Below, one piece after another: positions 24,428-38,730 of a DNA stretch of 64,000 nucleotides. The position numbers were made by a program, and so were the translations under genes. Below the pieces are notes generated by a model. That model did not search any database. It worked only from the letters and a program-made list of their open reading frames with translations, and was not told where the DNA came from. The stretch's first letter is position 1; every line of letters begins with the position of its first letter. Source of the DNA: Podospora anserina (taxonomy: Eukaryota); assembly GCA_017654855.1 (NCBI GenBank), contig CM030338.1, forward strand, positions 2,170,001-2,234,000. Direction: 5' to 3'.

Positions 24428-24908
24428 TTTTGGGGGAAATTTTAGCGTGAAAGAATGTCAGGTCGCAGTCCAAAGACACGACCAATCGGGTCATTGACAT
24501 ATGTCACGCATTGCCCTCGCTATCGACATGTGATGCAGAGCGTTTTGGGAAATATTTTAGCGTGAAAGAAGGAGATGTTCAGCCGATTATTCTCATGTCT
24601 CGGTCCCCTGTGGACAGAGAGGCTCAGAAGGTGTAAGATCTCAGGAGAGAAAGACACACCCACAAGCTCAAGAAGCAATGGAAACTATCAATCCAGCAAG
24701 GTAAGGCAACGTGCCCCAGAGAAATAGGTGAATGAAACAAGAAGTCAAAAGAAGGGGGCCAAATTGAACCCAGCGGAGGATGTAGAATGCAACTCAGCAA
24801 CAAAAGCTAGACACCAAAACGTTCAGCGAATAAGAACCGCATTACACCGGATTGGTTTGAGATATGGTTATCCCATTGGGAAGTATTTTAGCGTGAACGA
24901 AGGAGATG
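24428..24908. repeat. Three dispersed direct copies of a ~30-bp motif (core ATTTTAGCGTGAA)
   Basis: Copies at 24428-24455, 24545-24577 and 24876-24908. The latter two match at 31/33 nt. Confidence 0.8.
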
Positions 24909-25275
24909 GCCATCCAAGTCATCACAAATAGGTAATGATCGTAACACAGCATATGCAATGTTCCCACTGATAGTCCACAGACCCCATAACCTTCAACGCC
25001 GGTTGATCACTCCAGCTCATAAGAGAAACAGTCACTAGCTTTCAGGGCGTCTAACGAACCATATCTTCAAACATACATCCTATTCAGCAGCAAAACTTCA
25101 GCAACTAACAACCCCCCCTACTAGCCAAGATACTTCAAGTTATTCTCCATCCATAAAGTCTTTACACATTATCTCACCCCCCTTATCATCTCTATCCTTC
25201 TCATCCCATCATATTAAACCCCCTCCCATATCTCTCACATCAGTCCCACAGTCTTGGCCCTCCTGATTCCCTTCC

Positions 25276-26522
25276 CTAAAGCATAAACCAAACCACCACT
25301 CCCAACACTACCCACCCCGACAGCCTTTTCCTCCCCTCCCCCCTCCCCCCTTCACTCCTCCAGACAGTCTGATTATTAGTCATGTTCCCCCTCTCCATAA
25401 AAAACCACTCCCCCGCCGTCCCATTAGTGGGCAACACATCCGGCACCATACAAACCGCCCCCTCCGCCCCAGGATCCCTACACCTATTCTCCCAATCCCT
25501 CTGCCTCTCCTCCCTCGAACTATTAAAATACGCCTTGACATATCTCACCACCAACCCAGCATCCCTCCCCGGCGGCCCCCCACTCCACAACCCATTCCCA
25601 TTACTCCAATGCTGCAAAATCAAATGCCCCGCCGAGCTCGGCACCGCCTCCCCCTCAATCTTCCCTAACAACCCCCCATCCACATAAAAATACACCCTCC
25701 CAGGCAAATAATCAATCCTATACTCATGAAACCCTTCCGTCGGATCAAACGGTAAATAAGCCTTGACAAAGTTCGACGTCGCCGCAGAATCATACCCATT
25801 CAACACCGCCTCCCTCGACTGCAAAACCAGATTAACCGGATAGCTATCGTTGCTCTTGTCAAAGTCCTTGGACAAAAACTCCATGTCGATTTCTTGCGTG
25901 TCGTTGAAATACTACATCATCATGTTGGTCAGTCCACAATTTCATCCCATGCTTCTCAATATTTTCTTACCCAAAAAAACGCCGAACAAGTCCCCCTCTC
26001 CTTCGTCATTTTCATCGAAGCCCTAAACGTGCCCCAGTACATGTCCAACCTCCTCGTATCAATCTCTGCCACAGGCACCATATCCTCTACCACACTCCCC
26101 CTCACCACCAACTTCAGCCCTTTATCCTCCTCCTCTTTCCCGGCAGCGTCCACATTCTCCACGGCAAACATCTCCCCGTATTTTCCCCTTGCCCTTTGAT
26201 CGCTCAGGTTGAATGCTTGACGAACCCAGTCCGTGTTGGCTGATATGGTGGCTTCTCCCTCGCCCTCGGGGACTAATTTTGTGAAGTCGGACTCGATGAG
26301 GTCGGTAAAGAGGGCATGGTGTTGTTGATGAGAAGGGGCGTGGGAGTTGGGGAGGAGCTCGCCTATGGTGGAGAGGTAGCCGCATTCGCAGTCTGCTAGG
26401 GCTAGGGGGGTGAGAATTAGAAGTGATAGTGTTGATGAGAGGGGAATGGTGTGGTGGTGGCGCGTGGTGAGGATGGTTGCGGTTGCTAGTAGGAGGGTGA
26501 GGACCCCTGCGAGAAAGGCCAT
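25276..26522 (-). CDS. Glycoside hydrolase family 16 protein, secreted, with hydrophobic C-terminal anchor; intron 25912-25970
   Basis: Hydrophobic N-terminus then DCECGY; WGTFRASMK..GTCSAFFW|YFNDTQEIDMEFL (ExDxE catalytic motif); FHEYRIDY; HWSNG..WSGGPP; terminal hydrophobic stretch. Confidence 0.9.
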
Positions 26523-28609
26523 CTTCGTTGCTGTCGTGGTTTGTTCCCTCCCCCTGTTCCCCCTTTGGCTATTGCTCTCCTGTCTATAGGCGTTGTGGAT
26601 GCCGTCGCTTATCCAATCCACCCCAGACAAGCACTATCCTACCAGTAGGTGCGTATCTCCTTCGGATATGACTCTCGATGCCGGCGTCCTGGCCTCGCTC
26701 ATCAATCGTTGGCCTGTTGTCGTCGTCGTCGTCGTCGTCGGCGGCAGCGGCGCGTGATCCCTACCCTGGGTGACAGAAAGCTGAACCAGGGGCGTGTAGA
26801 TATCTCCCCACCGCACCATCCAGATCAGACGAGAAAGTCGAAATCTCAATCTGATAGAGCTCAAATCCCAGGACAAGCAAGGCCACAACCCAATAGTAAG
26901 TTGGGCCGACAAAACCGAGAACCAAGCAAGGAAAGAAACCTGGGAGTGAAACAAGACAACGCAGCAGCACCCCTCGACAGGATCTCGTGCTTGAGCAACC
27001 TCAGACTGTTTGGCAGCCAAAGAACACACAGAGCTGCAAGGACCCAAACAATAACACACCCAGGCAGGAACGGTTCCCTACAAAGCAGGAGCAGTCCCCC
27101 ACGCACCTCCCCTCGTTATCCCCATAGAAAATTCTGACCCGTCATGGCACCTTCCTGTACTCCCAACTCTCCCAAAAACCAAGGCAGGTACCCGTCAGTA
27201 CCCGTCAGCTCCTTCACCCCCCCAGTAGGTTCATATCAGCCACCGGAGCGAAAACACGGATACTCGCAGCTGGTGATATCAATGCCATCCATGCCAAGTC
27301 ACATCCCCTCATCCCTCGCCACTTTGACTTCTCCGGTTCAGGCGAGAGCCATGATAGTCACACAAACTCGGGGGCTGAAAGGAGAGCTGTGTTCCTTATA
27401 ACCCTCTCATCACACCATGAACGCTCGGATCAAAGCTCCAATTAATATAAAGTGGACATGTCTCACTTCAAGGGAGTAGTGGTTGACAGAGTGATGAATA
27501 TCTACTTTTTCCTATTGACATCATATGGACACTTGAAGAAAAAGAAACCCCCATCACAAAAGAAGGCAAGGATACCTGACAAAACACGCGAGGAAAAAAG
27601 ACTGAAAGTAAAGTAGAGTAGAGTAGAGTGAAAAAAAGGCCTTTCAAATTGATGAATTCTTTTCATTCTTGTCCCGAGAAATAACCACCACCCACCCAGC
27701 CCTTGTTCAGTAGGCATTCTGTGCCACTAATGGAGAGCTTCCCCAAGCAAAAAGACAGAAAATCAAAGCTCAAGGAAAATAAACAACCGCAACGCAAAAC
27801 CCAAGATTAAGTTCAAAGCCCATCCGCCTTTCCTCCCTTCCCTTCCCTCCTTCCTATGCCTCCCGTTCCCTCTTGCGAATTCCCTCTCCCATCACCTTGC
27901 TGCCGCCCGTCCTTATATCCCTCCCTCCTTTCGTCCGTACATATCTAGTACAGGGAGTAAAAACAGATGGGACAAAAATGTCAAGGAAAAAACTAGCTAG
28001 GAAACAGACATTAGATAGCGAGAAAAACTTGGGAGAAAACCAAAAAAAAAAAAAAAAAAAAGGAAAGAAACGATATATCGAACAAGGTATCCGAAACGCA
28101 GAACGGAAAAAGAAAGGAAAAGAAAAAGAAAAACGAAAAACGACTAAACTAACTGAACAGTAATAAAAGAAAACGACTAAAATCAACCGCAGTGAAGGCA
28201 GATTAAAAGTGGTAAAAGGTGTTAATGAAACACGGAGAAGACAAATTCCCTCCACATGGACCAGCCAACAGTGACAGATATTAGGTTTGCGGGACCGATG
28301 GCCCTCCCACTGGACCAATGTGCGAAACCGTACCCTGCCCACCCATATTGCTTAGACCATGACGATGCAGACGCGAAATGCAGCAGCAACCCGAAGGATG
28401 ACAAGTAGAAAAACACCCAACCCCGCCGCGCCGAGTCCCATACCCAGCGATGTTGTGTAAAGGAGATGCAAGGAAAAAAAAAAAAAAAGGACCATCGCGA
28501 AAAGCCGACAAAGAGGTATATGCCCGGAAACCCCACCGCCTATTACTGAGTAGAGCGAGAAAAAGGAAGGAAAGACAAAGCAGAAAAATGTCGTCAGGAC
28601 GTCGTGGTC

Positions 28610-31161
28610 TTAGTACACGCTGTCCTCGTCCGCGCCCTGAGAGGTCATAGACGGTGTCGAAACATTCGACGAGGCAGCAATATCGTCGACATAGCCGACG
28701 AGAGCTTGAGAGTGGAGGCGGAAGGATTCACCCATGAGGCGAGTAATTCTGCAGAAACACGTTAGCACATCTGTCGACAAGTTTTTCGTCAAGAGAATAC
28801 ATACCCCCAAACAACCACCTCGTCGAGCATGGAACCCCAGAGACGGGCCACCAGCGAGCTCAGCTGCGGTACATAGCGGTCATCAAGATCCTTGCCGAGA
28901 AGCTCACGGATCTTGTTGTACATGACCAGCTCTTCCTCAGTAGCTTGCTCCTCGTCATGTTCCAGACGATACAGCCACAAGCTGAGGATGATGATCAGAT
29001 CCATGCCGCAAAGAGGGTGCTCGATGCTCCAGTTTGTCGGCGAGGTTCTGGCAACCCAGCGAACGCCCTGGCGCACCGCAGTCTCGATGCAGTCGTAGCA
29101 CTCTTGAATGACCTTGATCATTTCGCTGGAGCGCTTGACGCGGTCCCGAGCGTTGGCCATGGCGGCGGCGACTTCGTACGATTCGTGGTACCGCAGAGCT
29201 TCCTGGACTCCCTTAAGGTCCACCTCGAGACGAGCGCGAGCATTGCGGAACATGGCCTTGGCGTTGAAGATGAGCGGGTGGCCCTTGTGAGGCGCACTGA
29301 GGGGCACGGCGACAGTCTCAGGCTCGCAGAGGTCCAAAGATTTCTCCCAAGTCTCTAAAGCAATCCTAAGCTTGTACTCCGTGAGAACATCCTGCAGGGC
29401 CTCGGGGCTGCGTTTGTGGTACCAGACTTCGAGGAAGAGCGCGTTTATCATGACACGAGTGGCAAAAGCACTGTACTTGAGCGCCTCTCCTTGGAACAGA
29501 TCGGCGTGGGCCTTCATGATGGTGACGCTGGGAGAAGCTCGGAGGTGGTCTTGCCAGGCATCCTCCGGTACCTTGAGATTCCAGAGGGCCTCGGTGGATG
29601 GCAGCTCAAGATCCTCAAACTCGTTGAAGCTGATGGCCGGAGTGTGGTTGTACGTAAGAGTGAGGAGGCCGAAGAAGATGTAGACGGCATAGTAGGTGCG
29701 GCGGCATCCTTCATCCTCAACCCACTCAGCACGGGTCGGCAGGCGACCACCACGAGCCTCCTGACGAAGCTTCAACTCGTAACGATTCCCGGCGACCATG
29801 TTGGCAAGAAGACCCTTGATGGAGCAGGCCCACTCGAGACCCTTGGCGTCACCACTCCAGCTAGCAAAGATCATGTTGAGCAACGAACTCTGCATGGTCC
29901 ACAATGGGCACTTTCGGGAGCTGAAGTTCTCCTTGTTCTGGAGGAACTGGTTGACCAGCACCTTGGAGCCAATGTGGAGAACGTAAGCCTGTTCTTGGTC
30001 AAAGGCATAAAGAGCACCGATGGAAAGAACAGCCAAGAGAAGCGCAGGCGAAACCTGGGTGGGCTCGAACGAAGCGGGGTGCAAGAAAGGCAGGTGGTGG
30101 TGGAACAGGCCAAAGTAGGTGGCCAGGTAGCGGTTCAGGGATGACAGGCTGGGGACCCGGAAGCCTTCAGGGATAGCGTGCTCGCTGTCATTGCCACGAA
30201 TGTTGTCCAGAATCACGTTTCTCTCCTCGTCACTGTTGATCATGGGCGCCTTGAAGGTGGACGACTGAGCGCCATCGGCAGGGCTGTCGGCGCGCTGCTG
30301 CACAAACGGTGACTGGGGGGCAGGGGTGCCCGCGGCAGAAGGAGGCAGAGAGTTGATCGTGGCCTGCATATTCGGCGCCAACCCATTGCCGTGCTGGCCG
30401 CCGAGGAGCTGGTTGGGATTCTGGGCATCAAACGACATCGATCCGTTCGAAGTGATCGAGTGCGCCTTGGGGTCCTGCGGGACAAAGCCATCCCACTGGT
30501 GCAGAGCGAGAGGAGCGTTGGTGTAGGTTGGTTCCAACATCGACGACCCGTTCGAGGGGAAGGTCATGCTGCTTGGGCTGGCACCGAATTCGCTGTTGGC
30601 TCGAGCAGCTGCGCGAGCTTTATGTTGAATATCAGCAACAAGCATCGCAGCAGTTTCCACATCAAAAATACCATCGCTACTAGCTTCAATCTGCTCACTC
30701 AGAGCTGACGTGTCAATCGCAAGCGCCGACTTGGAAGAGCCGCTGACAGTTCTGGCCGCCTTGGGACCGCCGCGACGCTTTCCATCACTGTGAAGAGGAA
30801 CACCGCCATCTTTAGCGTGCACGGTACGGTCATGTCTGAGGAGAAGATCACGTCTGACAAAGGTACTGCGACACTTTTGGCACTTGAACGGCCGCTCCTT
30901 GGTGTCTGTGAGGTGGTCAGCTTGGCTGTGTTGTTGGTGGTCATGATAACGATGCGAATCAAGGTGGGGGATGGAGGGATGGAGATGGGAGAGAGAGGAC
31001 AACATACGTGATCGTTCATGTCTACTTCTGTGCTCGCTTCTGCTAAAAGCTCGGTTGCAGAACTGGCATTTGTACTTTCTTTCTGGCGCGATTGACGTCT
31101 TCCGGGAGGCCGGCGTAGATGTGGCCGTTGATGGCATGACTGCCACGCTTGCGCCTGGCAT
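28610..31161 (-). CDS. C2H2 zinc-finger transcription factor with fungal-specific TF domain (Adr1/AmdX/Tda9-like); introns 30906-31007, 28749-28804
   Basis: YKCQFCNRAFSRSEHRSRHERS|HTKERPFKCQKCRSTFVRRDLLLRHDRTVH; YFGLFHHHLPFLHPASF; W...EGCRRT.Y; LELPSTEALW. Confidence 0.92.
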
Positions 31162-34100
31162 CTTGTATGGTGGATCTGTGGCAGGATGCAGCTTGTCGAG
31201 GTCGAGTATCTTTGTTTCTGGTAAAGATGACTCGGCGGTCGGTGTGATGCAGTGCTGGACTCGACGACGACGACGACGACAGCGACAATGACAACGGTCA
31301 CAGAACGATAGTTGAGATCGCTTTGCCTAGCTTCCTTCCAGATTCCTCGCTTCGCTTTCGCGCGCGCTCTCGCTCCCGTGGGATTTAAAGTGTGTCTTCT
31401 GGACTTTGAATCGTGTAGCTGCTCATTTGTGGTATGGTCATGGAATGAAGGTCGGTATTTGGGGTGATTAAAAGGGCATCCGCCGATTGAAAGTCGAGAA
31501 CGGTCAACCCGCTGCAGTGTGCGAGGACAGTTGTGGTGTTTATTATGTGCAGTAGGCGCGACGAAGTGGCGGGCCTCTTTTGGGGGGGGGAGGGGGAGTC
31601 GAGGGGATGAAAAGTAGGAGGGGTTGTCGAGAAAGGTTGATGACGGGAGGAGGAAAGAGAGGGATGCGAGAGGGGAAAAATGGACTGCGGAGGTGGTGGA
31701 GGGGGGGAGGGAAACTGCCAATGCAGGTGGGGGTGCTGTCCCAGACCGTCCCAGTGAACTCGTTCGCCTGTGAAGCAGCAGGGTGGATAATTTTGCTTTG
31801 TCCCGGATAGGCTTAGCGGCTCGCGCTCCCAGTTGAGCCCGGGAACGAGCAACTCCTGGCGGCCCACACAGTCTCTCGAGGGGTTGGGAATCATTCAGGG
31901 AATCCACAACCGCAGCGATACTTTTCCCTAATGAGCATCACGCAAAATGCAGACCGTCCACCGTCGATACCGCCCTCCGAGAAAGCGGTGAGCCCCTCCG
32001 GATCCTCATCCGGTGTCCGTAAGAGCTCTCATGATGCCGCCGCACACTAGAATGCCACCTGGCCGCCGAGGGACACCTGTCGCCGAAGGTCACGACGAGG
32101 TACTCGGCGGTCGGCTCAGGTGGGGGATTTGTTCCCAGCTTTCCAGCTTTCCCGCTTTACAGACAGGACAACAGCTCGACACAAAAGGGGCCCCCGCGGG
32201 GCATGGGGAGAGCTGTCAAGTCACGTCCAAGTAACACGCCAAGTCCTGTCTCCTAACGATTGGCACTGCTCTCAGACGGCACGCCCTATCATTTGGGACC
32301 GCAGGTGTTAACGCGTCCGTTGAAGCCACGTCCCATTAAATGACCTGGGAATGCACAGTGCCGGCTGGCGGAAATTTGGCCTCTTTCGATAGTGTGTCCC
32401 CCGACCCAGAATTGCTTCTCTTGCACTTCTCGAAATTCAAAAAGCCCGGCGCGATGAGGGGGGAGGGGTGGTGGGAGAGAGCTGGTCGCGGGGCAGATGG
32501 CAAATCACCTCAGGTCCAGGTTTCCAGCTCCCAATCGATCGCCATCGCCTTCCCCTCATTTTGTTGTTCTCTTTGTCAGGTCCAGAATTGACCCAAGCTT
32601 CTTCACACAGCTCACCTCACATCAAGCAACAGCTCACCTGCTCGCCCACGGGCCTCCCAAGCTAATTCCTACAATCAGCTCCCCTCTGGAAAAACTAATG
32701 ATGCAGTCACTTGACCGCCACATTGTGATAATAACTGATTAAGAGAATCTACACAGTGGAGTTTGTCGATGCGATGCGGTGGGGCTGTTGTCGCAGCGTT
32801 GCGTTGGCATGGCGGGGAGGTGTCGGGTATGAAATGGCATAGCATCTACACTACCATTTCAAACGGAGGGAGACCTCTTTTTCACCACGTTCTGCTGCAG
32901 TGGTGCTGGTGCTGTACCCAAAATAGGCCTTTTCCCTGGCAGTGCGATCCCTCATTTGATATTGATGGGCGAGTGTGGAGAGGATATGCATGACAATGCC
33001 GCAACTTGCAAACCAAAAAGCAAGGCTGTGTGCCAGTGGGTGTTTACAGCCAATACCTGTCCTGACGACGATGCCACATCGACACATTTGTTGTCCCGTG
33101 ATTAGGTCACCTACTGCGTATGTACACAACAGCCCCCTCCATGGCTCGTGACAGAGGCCTTCTTGGTGATGGAGATAGCGTTTGCAATGGCACGCCCGTT
33201 TCGTCGGCTGGAACATCCATGATGCTTCTACCGGCTAGAAGCCGCCTGAGGTAGCATGTAGCTCTCGAGCCCCTCCCCCTCCCCCGGTAATAATGTCAGA
33301 CCATGGCCGTCCAAGGCCATCTCCGAACGGCCATGCTGCCGCTCGCTCAGCACGACGGCCAGCCCAGAAGCAGAAGCATTTTCATTCCCTCGGTCCCATC
33401 AGCGTGGCAGACGTGCCTCCGCGATCCGCTTCAGCGGGGATCGGTCTGTCTTGCGGCTCTTGGCGTCTTGGCCGAACAATCCGCAGAACACTCCAGCTTC
33501 TCACAGGCATGATCCCAATTCTTGGAGGGGTAAACTGTGGGAATTGTGGGTGAGCTTTTTCCATCAGTTCTCGCGAGAGATCGAGACGATGGAGTTGAAC
33601 TTTTGCTCGGTACTAATACGGCACAGATCAGCCACATCTCACCCAACTCAGGGCCCGGATGGGCAAGCCAGGTGTTTGCTATTTTCTTTCTTTCTTTTTG
33701 GGATTCCCGTATCAGAATTTTCACTCTTCCTTTCTGTGACCACCACCCCCTGAAATTGCGCGCACGGTGAGAACCAGCCAACACATGTGCGCTAATCCGG
33801 GGCGGAAGTTGAAGCCGGTTCCCTAGCCACATTGGCGTTTCCCAGAGCTGGGAATGCAACCCCTCCTTGAGGAAACCGTCGATAAGCCACCCCACCACCA
33901 GCCCACCAAGCAGAACAGAGACAACCACTGACGCTGTCCCCTCGGTGTTCTCGGGGACACTGGGGAGACTGGGAATCCGTCATCGAGAGTGTGCAGCCGG
34001 CAAGATGTTCGCCTGCTGCTTTGCTGGCTGGTTGCATGTGCATGTGCAAAGCTGCAGCAGCATGCCCGCTTCTCTTTTGCTCAGATGCTGTACTTATCAC

Positions 34101-37100
34101 GACGTATCTCAAAAACGGTTCACCCTTCCCCTCCCCCTCCCTTCCCCTCCGGCTATGAAGTTCCTGGCTGATTGCTCAGAGATTGCCCCTCTTCGATCAG
34201 GACGTCCAGGAACGGGTCGGCGGGGACTTCAGCCTCTAGCCTCTAGCCTCTAGTGTCACGGTGGCAGGTCAGCACAACGCGCACAGTGCGTGTCACGAAC
34301 TGATGGATTGGCGGAATGGATGGGTGTTGCTTTTCTATTTTGCTGGCCGCTGGTTGCTGGTCAGTGGTTACACGATGAAATCTCGGGTGCTATTAACCAA
34401 CTCATCCTGGATCCTTCCTATAATGCTCCGTGCCACGGCGATACTGGACACAGTAATGCTCGGAACGGCGGAGGAGGGTGTCGTCGACTACCAAACACCA
34501 CGACATCTTGGGATCAATCCTACCGTGCCTTCTAACCGCATTGAGCACCGGACGGCACACATACGAAAAAGAATTTGACGACATTTTGCGGACGCTACCT
34601 CACCAGCTATCGGTAGGGTGGTGTTGATTTTCTTTCTCGAAGGAGATGAGACGGCACGACGGGCCCCCTTGTCACTCGGCGAAGTCTTGAGCACAGAGAT
34701 TTGCTCTCGTCGAGCGATCGTTGGATGATCGCCATCTCTCTGCGAACACGCCTGCAGCTTCATGCAAAGCACACGTGAACCACACCAGACGGACGACGAC
34801 AACCACTCTGTCACTGCCCCCCCTTTTTTTCCACCCCCTTGGATGTCGCAGCCGCAGCAGCAAAGCCAAACAACGCCCCTCGAAGAGCACCGCATTTGTT
34901 TGACCTTTCGTCATAAACAAAAGTCAGAAATCATTTCATCATGTTTCACGCGCTGCTTCAGGGTGGGACCATCTCCCTTTCGGGTCTCACCCGGGCCCTG
35001 GAAAGGTGTGGCCCGAGGCCGAGGGTTCGGAAATTGGCTCCATCAAGAACTTATTTTTTTTTCCTGTCTAGTTTTGGCGATTCAGATCTTGGACCCCGCG
35101 ACCAAGAATCCAGGGCAACGGCCATGCCGGAAGTCGCATCATCTTCCCAGGACGGACGCAAGTCATCAGAGATTTCTCCCTCTTCTTTGGGATCCCGGAA
35201 ACCATGGGTGATGGAGGGGCAGTCGGTATCAGCTTCGACCCTTCTCCTGATGCAGCAGGTGGACGCCAGCCAGCACTTCTTCCCTACGCCAAGCGACTGT
35301 TTACCTCTATCCCAACCTTGATCACATCCAGCGTGGCATGCCCCTCCCATAGGGACAGCCAAGCAGCCCTTCAACCCGTTCCAAAACATCTTCATCGCGG
35401 GGCCTAGGCTTGTCACCGCTCCCTCACCGCACATTTTGACAACTTTGGGGGAGGGGTACCAGACCCCTTGCTAGCTCGGGTTGGGCCGCCGATTTTCCCC
35501 TCCTCGCAGGAAGACAGCAAAGACAACAGAGGGGAATGCCAGGGGCAACTGCAAGCCGACTGGAATCGGCACAAAAAACCGCTCTTTTCTTCCCTATCCA
35601 GCGGTGTGGCGTTTTGCTGTTTTCCAGACCAACCGTCCGTCTCGCAAGGACCGGGCCTCTGCCGTCGACGGTCCGGCGCTCGAAAACGATGCAGTCCAGA
35701 AAGGGTCTCGTCAGGGGTACACGTGGTGGTCAACTTATGGTCGATGGTTACACACTCGATGTGCGGTTCAATGTCGGTGGCCTGTCAACGTTTATGCCCT
35801 ACCAATCTTGCCTCCTCAACATATCGAGCGCGAGATGCTGGATCACGGGACTTTGGCTGAGGACACGGGCTGACGCCATGGAGGCGTTCAACAACGTTTC
35901 GCCTTCGGCTGCATACAGGCAGCACCACGTGCGTATCATGGTCTCGCTCGTACAGATTTCTGTTACACATGATATCTTGCCACTCTTATTACTGCTGTGA
36001 TACAGAGTATGGGTTCCGTCGCCTGGCTGGCCGCACAGCAGCCAATACAATACTCCGCTGACGCTGACGAGCAAAACAAGGGGCTGGCTCAGCTACCCGA
36101 CGTCCCCAAAATCCGGTCTGAGTGAACCAATTCGAGGCAGGCGGTTGGAGGTCGCCAGTGTTCGTATCGGTCGACTATATCAGCAGTGGTTCTTATTCGT
36201 CTCGAGCATACCTCCGCGTCTACAGTAGGAAGCTGGTGTTTGCCACCTTCCCAGCGCTTACCACATTGCAGGCAGAGGGCACACGCGCGGTGATGGGATG
36301 GTTCTGGGTGTTGGCTCCCTTCGACTTTTACCTTCTGCATCCCGTCGTGGGGGTGGTGGCATGAAACATACCGTCAGAACGACATGCGATGATCTCACCT
36401 CCCTCTTTCGGCACCCCTCCCGAGCTGTACCGAGAGCTCCGTTTTGTTGGGTTGGATTGTTCCAGTTGGGTCCCCAATTCGAAAACTGGGTTTTGGATTG
36501 TGGGAACTCTATCGTGGACAGTTGTTTCTGGATGGGACAGTGCCACGAGTTTGGACCAGACCCTCGGCTACGAGACCAGCATCCATAAGTTTGACCAACA
36601 GGAGCGATTTATATGTCTCGGCAGTGACGCATTCAAGGTGTCAAGGGCTCCAGATAAGACGAGGCAGTAGAACGAACCACGGCATTGCTTGATGATGGAC
36701 AGCAAGAGGAGGGGCTGTGGGAACGACAAGCAGTTTTTGACCATGGTCCCTCTTCGACTACAACGACTGCTGGGTATGCTTAGTCGGGATATGGTCGACC
36801 ACTCGCGACGGCTCGCCAAGGTGTTGATATACGGGGCACTACTGCGTCGTGCGTATATACACTTGCCACGCCTACTCTGTAACCAACTACAGCTACCGGT
36901 GGATTTTGGGCAGCTTTGCGTGACGACTTTGCTCAAGTCAAGGGTCGACAGGAGAGGACCACGGTAGACCTTGGCCAAGCAAGGCCAGCACTTCGTAAGA
37001 GGAGACGGCAGCGTAGGTACTGTGCAGCCCAGTGAAATGACTTGACTCGGGTCGAAAACCGTGGCCTTCCCAAGAGCCTGGCAACCGGGTGCGAAGTGTT

Positions 37101-38730
37101 GCTTGTGGGAACGTGAAGTGCTGCTTTCTTGATATTAAATTTTGGCTTGGCCGTGGCTTTTGTCTGGTCGTTTGCTGCTTATGCGTGATTGCGAGTGCGA
37201 CACTAGGTTGATTGCGAGTACGGTAACTGCGTGTCAGCGATAGACCTATGATTAGTATCAGTCCATCGGCAAGGCTGCCAGCAGCTTTTCTTATGTAGTT
37301 TTTGCTGCGGCTGTGGCTGTGATTCGACTGACTCTCTCTTATCCGCGCGGATATATCTCTGACATGGGAAGGTGAGGGGTATTCATGTAGCCTTGGATTG
37401 TAGCAGTACGGGGGGTGCATTGGGACCTGCACGAAAATGCGGTTAGAGCTTTCAGGGGGAGGGGAAACCTGCTGCCAAGACCGACCGCTTCAGAGTCCAG
37501 GCATTGGCGGAGGGCAGGGTTTGGGGGAGTCTGTTTGTCTCTGACGAGGATGCTGTGGTTTGACTCTTGAGGGCATCCCGGAGAGCACTGCTACAGTCAT
37601 GAAATATGGTGGGAAAGAGATATGATTCCAAACTGTTGAAATTGAACCGTTCGTTGTCTTTGTGACCGGCCCACCCGTTGTCCGGGGGGACATATCCGTC
37701 ATAAAAGTCAAGGAAAGGGGGCACGGGCAGCTGAGGGTGGTGGATGGGGTCGGCCTTGTTCACCCCGCTTGTTGAGAGCTGCGGCCAACGAACGGACCCT
37801 CTCTTCGCCAGGCCCCATCCCCAAACACTGTCTCTTTTATCACCCCCGACCCAGGGACTTCATCCGATCCCCAGGCACCAAGAACGCAAAAAATAGAGCC
37901 CAGAAGCTGCCTGCTGAATTGACAGCCGCAGCAGAAAAAAGAGAGGTGAATCCGCGCAGCCAGGCGCTGTCATTCATCAGCCTCGAGAGCCACCCCCGAC
38001 GGGCCTGCGGGGGCGAAGACTCAAGACAGGACGAGGAGACCGAACGAGGACGAGACCGCCTGGGAAACGCCAATCCTTCCAGCGCCCGCCTTTTGGACCC
38101 TGCTAAGACTCCCCTCGACCGCAAAATTGGGCGAATTGCACCAGTTCCCTCTTCGACCACACCTTTACGCGCAGACCATCGATCCCATCCAACCAGTCAC
38201 GTCCGTCATCGCGACACTATCGTTCCCAGACAGACCGTCTAGCGCCCCGACAGTGTCTTTCCCGCCTAGTGAGCCATACCCGCCCGGCTGGCGGCCACTC
38301 TCTTAGTCCACTGCGGCAACGAACAGATTGCGATTCCATTCCCGTTATCTCGCTTTTTGCTTTTCGGAATCGTTGAAAGGAGACAGAAAGAGAAGTGGGG
38401 GAGACCAGCCAGGCCGAACCAATACTGCATACCGACCGACCTGTCTCCGATCTGCTCGTGCTTCCATGCTGTCTTTCTTTCCACTGACGACAACCTCAAC
38501 ATGCTAATGGCACAGACCCCCTGCTCGGCATTCAAGGGTTAGAATTTCACGACGAACCACACGCACAGCTTCCACCCACTGATCTTGAGCCTCGATCGAC
38601 TGCACTCGGCGGTGGAACAAGTAACGACTGCTCTACCACCATCTAACCTGCCCCGCGTCATAGGAGGGGTCCCGTGTCGATCGCGACGATTTCTATTCCA
38701 CAAATTGGATCCCCTGCGTCTGCTTTCCCC

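Noticed and set aside
24428-24908. CRISPR-like interpretation of the triple repeat (also considered for the 18-bp array near 10018)
   Set aside because: Eukaryotic context, irregular or absent spacers, no cas genes.
29416-30144. 242-aa + strand ORF
   Set aside because: Antisense shadow of the C2H2 transcription factor.
30699-31907. 402-aa minus-strand ORF overlapping the TF start
   Set aside because: Non-ATG start, runs through pyrimidine-rich promoter/leader sequence and an intron, low-complexity product.
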